Shown here: positions 28,601-37,052 of the stretch, one piece after another
Layout: every line of letters begins with the position of its first letter
Position numbering within the stretch: position 1 is the stretch's first letter
From: Octopus sinensis
Lineage: Eukaryota
Reading direction: 5' to 3'
Assembly: GCF_006345805.1 (NCBI RefSeq)
Contig: NC_043014.1
Span: 36,952,001 to 37,016,000, forward strand
DNA length: 64,000 bases
Position numbers and translations under genes: made by a program
The notes under the pieces: generated by a model
Told to the model about the DNA's origin: nothing
The model's input: only the letters and a program-made list of their open reading frames with translations
Database searches by the model: none

Positions 28601-29936
28601 CGCGTTTGGGAGACTGCGAAAGCAAGTCTGGGAGCGGAGAGGAATCAGCCTCAACACCAAGCTGAAAGTCTACTGGGCAGTCGTGCTTACCACCCTACTA
28701 TACGGCTGCGAGACATGGACTGCTTATCGAAGGCACGAGCGCCAGATAAACCACTTCCACCTCAGGTGTCTTTGGAACCTCCTTCACATCCGCTGGCAGG
28801 ACAAAGTCCCAGACATGGAAGTTCTGAAGCAGGCAGATCTCCCTATCACCATCACGATCAGGCCACGTCTCCCGCATGTCCGACACTTGCATCCCAAAAC
28901 AGCTCTTCTACGGTGAACTCAGCCAAGGCAAACGCAAAGTCGGAGGGCAGAAGAAGCGCTTCAAGGACAGTCTCAAAGTCTCTCTCAAGGACTTCTCCAT
29001 CGGCACAGTGACTTGGGAGAAACTTGCTGCCGACCGCTCATCCTGGCGCAGCGCAATCACCACAGGAGCAAAGACAGCCAAGGAGAGACGGATTCAGTCA
29101 GCAGAACAGAAACGCCAGATGCGGAAAGCCAGAGCCACCTGCACCAATAGCACAGACCCTACACACTTCTGCCCCACCTGTGGGAGGGGCTTTCTTGCCC
29201 GGATAGGCCTCACCAGCCACCTCCGGTCTCATAGCAGCAATTCCACCAAATGATGTCAATGGTCATCTTCGAACCCGAAGGACGAACATTATTATTACAT
29301 TATGCAGGTGGCACGTAAAAAGCACCCACTACACTCTCGGAGTGGTTGGCGTTAGGAAGGGCATCCAGCTGTAGAAACTCTGCCAGATAAGACCGGAGCC
29401 TGGTGCAGCCTTCTGGCTTCCCAGATCCCCGGTCGAACCATCCAACCCATGCTAGCATGGAGAACAGACGTTAAACGATGATGATGATGATATATATCAT
29501 CATCATCATCGTTTAATGTCCGTTTTCCGTGCTAGCACGGGTTGGACGGTTCGACCGGGGTCTGGGAAGCCAGGAGGCTGCACTAGGCTCCAGTCTGATC
29601 TGGCAGTGTTTCTACAGCTGGATGCCCTTCCTAACGCCAACCACTCCGTGAGTGTAGTGGGTGCTTTTTACGTGCCACCGGCACAGAAGCCAGTCAAGGC
29701 AGCGCTGGCATCGGTCACGTTCGGATGGTGCTTTGTACATATATATATAATATATATATGTACATATATATATATATTATATATATGTACATATATATAT
29801 AATATATATATAATATATATATATATGTACATATATACATTATATATATATATATGTACATATATACATATATATATATATATATATTGTACATATATAC
29901 ATATATATAATATATATATTATATATATATATGTAC

Positions 29937-29978
<42 letters not shown>

Positions 29979-30682
29979 TGTACATATATACATATATATA
30001 TATATATGTACATATATACATGTACATATATACATATATATATACATGTACATATATACATATATATATATATGTACATATATACATATATATATATATG
30101 TACATATATACATATATATATATATGTACATATATACATATATATATGTACATATATACATATATATATATATGTACATATATACATATATATATATATG
30201 TACATATATACATATATATATATATATGTACATATATACATATATATATATATATGTACATATATACATATATATATATATATGTACATATATACATATA
30301 TATATATATGTACATATATACATATATATATATGTACATATACATATATATTATACATATATATATGTACAATATACATATATATATATGTACATATATA
30401 CATATATATATATGTACATATATACATATATATATGTACATATATACATATATATATATGTACATATATACATATATATATGTACATATATACATATATA
30501 TATGTACATATATACATATATATATGTACATATATACATATATATATGTACATATATACATATATATATGTACATATATACATATATATATGTACATATA
30601 TACATATATATATGTACATATATACATATATATATCATCATCATCATATATATATATGTACATATATATATGTCATATATAC

Positions 30683-30722
<40 letters not shown>

Positions 30723-30742
30723 TATATATATGTACATATATC

Positions 30743-30773
<31 letters not shown>

Positions 30774-33389
30774 GTACATATATACATATATATATATATA
30801 TATATATGTACATATATACATATATATATATATATATATTATGTACATATATACATATATATATATGTACATATATACAATATATATATATGTATGTACA
30901 TATATAATATATATATATATGTACATATATATATATATATATATGTACATATATATATATGTGTGTGTGCGCACAGACGTGACAGTGGTAAGTAGTTTGC
31001 TTACCAACCACATGGTTCCGGTTTCAATCCCATTGAGTGGCACCTTGTGCAACTGTCTTCTACTATAGCCTCGGGTCCACCAATGCCTTGTGAGTGGATT
31101 AGGGAGACAGAAACTGAAAGAATCCCGTCGTTACCGTGTGTGTATCGTTGGTGATTTTTTTTCCCTCCATCTTCCCTTCCTTGGATCTTTCCTTTTTCTA
31201 CGTTTTTGACGAAGAGCTCCGCTCGAAACATTAAATCCTCCTTCTTTCTTTCCTTTCCTTGCTCCACGTTCTCACATTGTGTTTTTGTGTTTTCATGTTT
31301 TGATTAACTTTATATCATCATCATCATCATCATCATCATTTAGCGTCCGTTTTCCATGCTAGCATGGGTTGGACGGTTCAACTGGGGTCTGGGGAGCCCG
31401 AAGGCTGCACCAGGCCAGTCAGATCTGGCAGTGTTTCTACAGCTGGATGCCCTTCCTAACGCCAACCACTCCGAGAGTGTAGTGGGTGATTTTATGTGCC
31501 ACCGACACAGGAGCCAGATGAGGCTGGCGGACGGCCACGATCGGATGGTGTTTTTATGTGCCACCGACACAGGTGCCAGACGAGGCTGGCGAACGGCCAC
31601 GCTCGGATGGTGTTTTTATGTGCCACCGACACAGGTGCCAGACGAGGCTGGCGAACGGCCACGCTCGGATGGTGTTTTTATGTGCCACCGACACAGGAGC
31701 CAGATGAGGCTGGCGGACGGCCACGATCGGATGGTGTTTGTTACGTCCCCAAAGCACGGAGGCCAGTCTATGCGGTACTGGCTACGGCCACATATATATA
31801 TATATACAATTAGCTTTAAACATAGCATGGTTTTATTGATAATAGTTAATTACAAGTACTTTTATTAGTTCCTATTTAATAAAATTTTATGTTTCTATTA
31901 GTTACTTGTAATTTAATATTATAGCTTGTAGTGGTGATATATTAATGAGTATGTAGTGTTTTATTATTAACTTCTGAATGATGAAATAATGCATTTCACT
32001 CATAATTATTATATTACTAGCACTATGACCCGGCGTTGCCGGATCATAGTGCTAGTGCATGCATATACAGCTGCGTGCGTGCGTGCGCACATACACGCGA
32101 GTACTGTCCAAATCTCCGACCAATCACATACAGCTAGCTGGCATTCAATTGGCGTATCAAGTTTCAGGCATTTTGATTGGGCTTTGGATAGAAAATTCAC
32201 AAAAAAGTCACTTCTATTGATTTTTTAATGGCTTTACAGGGTGACCAGGGAAATGTAAAGATGTGTACGACCACCCTTGGACGGTTTTGAATGACTAGAA
32301 AGTGCAAGCCCCCTAACTGAAAAATTGTGGATTTGTATAAAGGACACACGCACAGACATTTTGCCGTTTATATATATAGAGATTAGTTAAATTCAATCAT
32401 GTTTGTTTTGTTTTGAAGAGATTTATATAAAGCTTTAACTTTTTTTATTATAGTAGTAACTATGGAAGACTGGTTATTTATATGAACTTAAAGATTGGTT
32501 GCGATTTAGCATATAATTTAGTTATTGCAGGTTTACTTTTAATACCAATACGATGTACATCAGTTTGTGTTTCTTTGTAGATTATTAAAGCTAGTTTTTA
32601 ATCCTGCCTTAATTTGATTGATTGAATGAATGTGGTTATTAAGCTTTCACTTTTATATTATACTATGGAAGACAGTAGGGAATATAATTTTTGTATGACT
32701 TAATGGATTTGTTGCTGTTTAGTTACGTATTTAGGAGTTGGTTGTAATTTACTTATTAAATTTATTTACCAATACGGTTGTACATAGGGTAAATGTGTTT
32801 GAAAGTTGTAGTTTCTTTGGTATGTTTGTTTCCAAACAACACTTATTTTAGTCCTGTTGACACCGCCGGACTGAATGGTACTGCACTGGAGTTGAAACCA
32901 TATCCGTTTATCCGTGGGTCAGCTGATGATGGAGGTATGTTGGACAGTTGGTATGGCTGTTTTTGTATATGTGGAATAGTATTATAATACATCCTTTATA
33001 TATATATATAAATATGAGAGAGTAACCACTATGTGGTCGACTCTAGTGCTGAAAATTGATCCGCGATGGTATAGCCACTAAAAATTGTTTCCAAGGAGAA
33101 ATACCACAACATTTAATGTAGGGCAAGTGAAAAATAACGAAAAAATCTATTTTTCGTTATTTTTCACTTGCCCTACGTTAAATGTTGTGGTATTTCTCCT
33201 TGAAACAATTTTTAGTGGCTATACCATAGCGGATCTATTTTTAGCACTAGAGTCGACCACATAGTGGTTACTCTCTCATATTTATGTATAATTTGTATTG
33301 TATCCCTGGTTCTTATGTGCTAAGCCACTTGGTGTTAAATTGATGGTATTATTAAATTAATATCAAATTTTTTTCACCCTCATTTGTAA

Positions 33390-33423
<34 letters not shown>

Positions 33424-34753
33424 TGTGTGACACTTGTGAAGACCTGTTGAGGCAGAGGCAAGTGTGTGACACTTGTGAAGACCTGTTGAGGCAGAGGCAA
33501 GTGTGTGACACTTGTGAAGACCTGTTGAGGCAGAGGCAAGTGTGTGACACTTGTGGAGACCTGTTGAGGCAAGTGAAAATCAAAATCAAATCAAATCAAA
33601 TCAAATCAAACCAAATCAAAATAGATGAACATCAATGGAATTTGTATCTTTGTGGTACCAGTACCGGTGGCACACAAGAAAACCATCCGAACGTGGCCGT
33701 AGCCAGTACCGCATCAACTGGCCTCTGTGATGTGGGCACATAACAAACACCATCCGATCGTGGCCGTCCGCCAGCCTCATCTGGCACCTGTGTCGGTGGC
33801 ACATAAAAACACCAACCGAAGACCCGGCAAGACTAGTCAGGCCATAACCCGTGGCCCCTACTTGGGACGTAGTCAGTCCACCTGTGCATACCTTCCTTCC
33901 TTCTTGTGACACTTGTGAAGACCTGTGAAGACCTGTTGAGGCAAGTGAAAATCAAATCAAATCAAATCAGATCAAAATAGATGAACATCAATGGAATTTG
34001 TATCTTGTGGTACCAGTGCCGGTGGCACACAAGAAAACCATCCGAACGTGGCCGTAGCCAGTACCGCGTCGACTGGCCTCCGTGCTGTGGGCACGCAACA
34101 AACACCATCCAATCGTGGCCGTTCGCCAGCCTCATCTGGCACCTGTGTCGGTGGCACATAAAAACACCATCCGAAGACCCGGCAAGACTAGTCAGGCCAT
34201 AACCCGTGGCCCCTACCTGGGACGTAGTCAGTCCACCTGTGCATACCTTCCTTCTTGTGACACTTGTGAAGACCTGTTGAGGCAAGTGAAAATCAAATCA
34301 AATCAAAACAAATCAAAATAGATGAACATCAATGGATTTGTATCTTTGTGGTACCAGTACCGGTGGCACACAAGAAAATCATCCGAACGTGGCCGTAGCC
34401 AGTACCGCATAGACTGGCCTCCGTGCTTTGGGGACGTAACAAACACCATCCGATCGTGGCCGTCCGCCAGCCTCATCTGGCACCTGTGTCGGTGGCACAT
34501 AAAAACACCATCCGAGCGTGGCCGTCTGCCAGCCTCGTCTGGCACCTGTGTCGGTGGCACATAAAAACACCATCCGAGCGTGGCCGTTCGCCAGCCTCGT
34601 CTGGCACCTTTGTCGGTGGCACATAAAATCAGCTGTAGAAACACTGCCAGATCTGACTGGCCTGGTGCAGCCTTCGGGCTCCCCAGATCCCAGTTGAACC
34701 GTCCAACCCATGCTAGCATGGAAAACGGACGCTAAATGATGATGATGATGATG

Positions 34754-34784
<31 letters not shown>

Positions 34785-36669
34785 GGTATGTTGATGCAAA
34801 CAGGAAAACTAGAAATCAAAAGTATGAGTATATGTATATTTTTAATATTTAGCAGAGTAATAAAGTGGCTCAAGGTCCAAGAGTTTCATGCAATGGCACT
34901 TATCAACGAGTGTTTAGTGGTTGGAGAATTTCAAAGAGCAGTAAAAAATGCTGACAGTGAACTGGCAAAGTTGCTGGAGTGTTTGCAACATTTGCTATGC
35001 TTCTCCGTTTTCTGAGTTCAAATCCCCTCAAGAGAAACTGTCTTCCATCCTATACGGTTTGGTAAATAAAATACCAGTTCCAGACTGGGGGTGTTAATTC
35101 TTCTTTATCTCTGGAAGAAAGCAGCAGTGGTCATACTTGCACGCTCATCCAATTTTAAATCCCATTAGGAGTTGAAGACCCCAAAACAAAGCAAGTAGCT
35201 ATATATTTAGAAGAATAAGAGAGGGAAACCGAGCCGGAAGTCTTTGTTGCTGATACCCAAATGAGAGAAGAGAATAATAGGAGAGTGATTACATACTTAA
35301 AGCAAGTGCATCAAAAGCTAATAAACTCGCTTCACAACTGAGTTCAATCCTAGTGCACAGCACTTTCACCAAATGTCTTCTACTGTCGTCTAAGGTTGAT
35401 TAATGTATCCAACAGAAATTAATTGGTAGAAACTGCACAGAAGTCTGTTTTATATATACGTAATGACACTCAATAGGTTTTGCAGTTCAATACTAAAAGC
35501 AAAAACCATTATGCGGTGAGCTAAAGCAATATTCATTCACAAATATTATTTTCAGCAGTTGCGAGAGACGATTTCTGACAGGTTCTGGTCTTATTAGACT
35601 TCCTCGAAATGCAGATTTCCTCGCAGTTGTAAAAATAGATATAACTGGCTTAATCTTTTTTTAAACTGTGCTTGGGATAAACAGGTTAAATGGATTTACG
35701 ATGAGCTATTAAGACTGAATTAACGTGTTTAAAGATTTACACTTATCGTTAACAGAACATAAGACAATATTTCTAGAAGCGTCTGACGCATAAACTTAAC
35801 CCAAACTAAACTAATTATAATGTATTCATATTACATCCACACGATGTTCAAAAAAGGCATCTATGAGCCGCTATCATTTCATACACCTTTCTTCTATTGT
35901 AAACTAAGATGCTCGCATATAATTATTCAACTGAATCAATTACCGCTTTCATATCAATGCAATTATGGTATCAACAATCATATACTTAATTTTTTTTTAA
36001 AGACTCCAAGAAAAATCGCCTTAGATATTAAAAACGTGCAATACAGACTGTCAAATTTATCAAATCCACACGAGGGTCTGCTGCGGATCTAGATATTAAC
36101 CATAACCCATTCCTAATGACAAAGAGTTAAACTGAGACAAATTGACAATGAATTCAACGAAATACTGTGTTACAGTTACATTTAATTTTTAAAGAAAGAC
36201 ATCTATAATGACTATCAAAGGGATTATTTTATAGTTGAAATATAATTTGGTCAAGCCGTTTTTTTTTTTTCCCCACATTTATAATCCCCGTTAGAACCAC
36301 GCTGAACTAACGAGAGGCTCCTTTACGTCGTCGATTGACTTGCAAAAAATCGCAGCCTATCGACTTAAAAGAGTAATAACAAATTGGACAATGTAGTCCT
36401 AGATATACAAGTTGCGACGGTCGTGGTTGGAATGCTAGTCACTGATGTGAGTCCAGCTAAACAATAACAACATCTGAAACAAGCATTGTCGAAGTGATTG
36501 ACATTTATCACTAAATGCTGCATTATAAGATCGATAATTTTTCTTTTTTTTTTTTTTGCAAATAAAAAGTAACAAGTTAAATTTCTTCGTTAATTTAACT
36601 TACCCCGCTTTGTCTCTGAAGCTCGGCCATTCGGCGAGCGCGAATCGCCTCTAATTCTGGATCAGCCAT
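10615..36669 (-). CDS. PDCD5: Programmed cell death protein 5, complete, 5 coding exons, 130 aa
   Basis: Minus-strand exons 36669-36604, 21385-21271, 16951-16860, 13033-12962 and 10662-10615 (66+115+92+72+48 = 393 nt) join in frame: [130 protein letters not shown]. The motifs [28 protein letters not shown] and KPEK are characteristic of PDCD5. Confidence 0.95.
11340..12118 (+). mobile_element. RTE 3'-end fragment with a roughly 130-150 bp segment repeated 3-4 times in tandem
   Basis: Repeated gagaagacctgtcaagccaagtga...gggcctcagagaggc segments, then the conserved tail. Confidence 0.8.
12962..13033 (-). CDS. PDCD5: PDCD5 coding exon 4
   Basis: Minus strand tatttgcag|CTTAGT...GTAAAG|gtaata; [24 protein letters not shown]. 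Confidence 0.92.
13146..13367. mobile_element. piggyBac-like MITE (about 220 bp)
   Basis: TTAA|CCCTTTCGTTAC...GTAACAAAGGAG|TTAA; same internal sequence as the other copies, opposite orientation. Confidence 0.82.
14082..14295. mobile_element. piggyBac-like MITE
   Basis: TTAA|CCCTTTTGTTAC...GTAACAAAAGGG|TTAA. Confidence 0.88.
14521..16760 (-). mobile_element. tRNA-derived SINE (family C) split by the RTE insertion; arms 14521-14707 and 16621-16760
   Basis: The two arms, joined and reverse-complemented, align by eye with the uninterrupted copy at about 50005-50320 (head ggcacgtagcttagtgg...gagttcaattc). Confidence 0.8.
14708..16620 (+). mobile_element. 5'-truncated RTE-like non-LTR retrotransposon (RT domain, defective), inserted into a SINE
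   Basis: ORFs 14836..15810 and 15762..16412 encode RT motifs ([36 protein letters not shown]), with frameshifts near 15760 and 16390. ATG-repeat tail at the 3' end. 10-bp duplication ACTCATTTTT at 14698-14707 and 16621-16630. Confidence 0.92.
16860..16951 (-). CDS. PDCD5: PDCD5 coding exon 3
   Basis: Minus strand ctctttcag|TAAATACC...GGAAAG|gttagt; [31 protein letters not shown]. Confidence 0.93.
18200..19205 (+). mobile_element. CR1-like LINE 3' fragment (RT, defective)
   Basis: ORF 18236..18895 [39 protein letters not shown]; continues after a frameshift ([16 protein letters not shown]); (ATT)n tail. Confidence 0.88.
19727..20168 (+). mobile_element. RTE 3' UTR array + tail copy
   Basis: Closely similar to 2200-2595. 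Confidence 0.82.
21271..21385 (-). CDS. PDCD5: PDCD5 coding exon 2
   Basis: Minus strand cattgtag|ATGTCC...CTAGAT|gtatgt; ends [18 protein letters not shown]. Confidence 0.93.
21746..21964. mobile_element. piggyBac-like MITE
   Basis: TTAA|CCCTTTCATTAC...GTAACAAAAGGG|TTAA; a degenerate fourth copy lies at about 56800-57018. Confidence 0.88.
25525..26175 (-). mobile_element. RTE 3' fragment inserted into a piggyBac-like MITE (25330-26208)
   Basis: Reverse-complement tail and array; candidate TSD GATAT at 25520-25524 and 26176-26180; host MITE ends cccttttagcatt...aatgctaaggggTTAA. Confidence 0.75.
26274..26951. mobile_element. Old TIR element (about 680 bp) with roughly 90-bp imperfect terminal inverted repeats
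   Basis: 26274-26365 is the reverse complement of 26865-26951 (…ctttggggacaac…ctcatagcactggg); TSD not identified. Confidence 0.65.
27250..29300 (+). mobile_element. 5'-truncated RTE (BovB-like) LINE, defective
   Basis: [61 protein letters not shown] and a C-terminal CPTC..H..H finger. Frameshifts near 27980 and 28860, in-frame TGA at 28266-28268, (ATT) tail. GC-rich relative to flanks. Confidence 0.92.
29304..29735. mobile_element. Two RTE 3' tails abutting tail-to-tail (+ copy 29304-29490, - copy 29497-29735)
   Basis: ...ttaaacgatgatgatgatga tatata tcatcatcatcatcgtttaa... with the arms reverse-complementary for about 190 bp. Confidence 0.88.
29736..30960. repeat. About 1.2 kb compound (TA)n minisatellite built on TATATGTACATATATACA units
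   Basis: Direct reading; it generates the long Ile/Tyr/Cys/His ORFs in the track. Confidence 0.97.
31315..31790 (-). mobile_element. RTE 3' UTR copy with four 62-bp tandem units plus one partial
   Basis: Units start at about 31496, 31557, 31619 and 31681 (pattern A,B,B,A). Confidence 0.85.
32017..32382 (-). mobile_element. Non-autonomous Helitron (366 bp)
   Basis: Minus strand A|TCTCTATATATATAAACGG...CCGGCAACGCCGG..CTAG|T: 5' TC, subterminal hairpin, 3' CTAG, A/T target, no TSD. Confidence 0.8.
33004..33290. mobile_element. Foldback / palindromic MITE-like element in a TA context
   Basis: Arms of about 142 bp, nearly perfectly complementary, around a 5-nt loop centred at 33147. Confidence 0.8.
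33425..34750 (+). mobile_element. Tandemly triplicated RTE 3' UTR (about 350 bp period), preceded by a 39-bp minisatellite
   Basis: gacacttgtgaagacctgttgaggcagaggcaagtgtgt x3, then three copies of acacttgtgaagacctgttgaggcaagtgaaaatc(aaatc)n...; only the last ends in the tail. Confidence 0.85.
36604..36669 (-). CDS. PDCD5: PDCD5 coding exon 1
   Basis: Minus strand ATGGCTGATCC...AGCGGG|gtaagt; [22 protein letters not shown]. Confidence 0.93.
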
Positions 36670-36973
36670 ATCGACTTTACTTCAAAAACAGAGAAACGAG
36701 ACTAAAAATTCCTAAAATTAATGGCAGGACTAAACTGCTAAGCACGTGACACCTTTATCTGGGAATGTGCATTAACTTACGTTCGATATGTAGTCACAAG
36801 TAATATTATAATTTTTTTTACATTTCACATCTAAACAACATAATTTTATGAATTTTAAAAGCAGCTTCTCCAGATTAAAAGTATTTTTATTTGTCGAAGT
36901 CAAATACTAACCGAAAATAATTGTAATGTTTTCAAGTGTTACTCTTCAGATGTAGGTGTATTTACTGAAAAAC
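36670..36973. promoter_or_regulatory. Putative bidirectional promoter / 5' UTR region shared by PDCD5 and CCNDBP1
   Basis: 304 bp between divergent ATGs, with no recognisable repeat. E-box CACGTG at 36743-36748, TACTAAC at 36905-36911 and acceptor-like ctcttcag ending at 36949. Confidence 0.7.
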
Positions 36974-37052
36974 ATGGCATATTGTCGGCACAGTGAAAAT
37001 GTTTTTAACGACGTTATCGACCATTTGGGATTGGCAGTGTCTCAATTACGAG
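36974..37052 (+). CDS. CCNDBP1: CCNDBP1 coding exon 1
   Basis: aaacATGGCA...TTACGAG|gtatat; MAYCRHSENVFNDVIDHLGLAVSQLR. Confidence 0.8.

Noticed and set aside
29516-31068. Long ORFs (up to 463 aa) rich in I/Y/C/H/M on both strands
   Set aside because: They are translations of the (TA)n/TGTACA minisatellite, which lacks stop codons in most frames; no real protein features.
31496-31790. CRISPR-like array of about 62-bp units with hairpins (also at 2.2, 19.8 and 34.4 kb)
   Set aside because: The 'spacers' are near-identical to each other, there are no cas genes, the DNA is eukaryotic, and the units are demonstrably part of a LINE 3' UTR (61560-62250).
31800-32990. Mitochondrial insertion (NUMT) suggested by AT richness and strand bias
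   Set aside because: No mitochondrial protein, rRNA or tRNA motif could be recognised in any frame.
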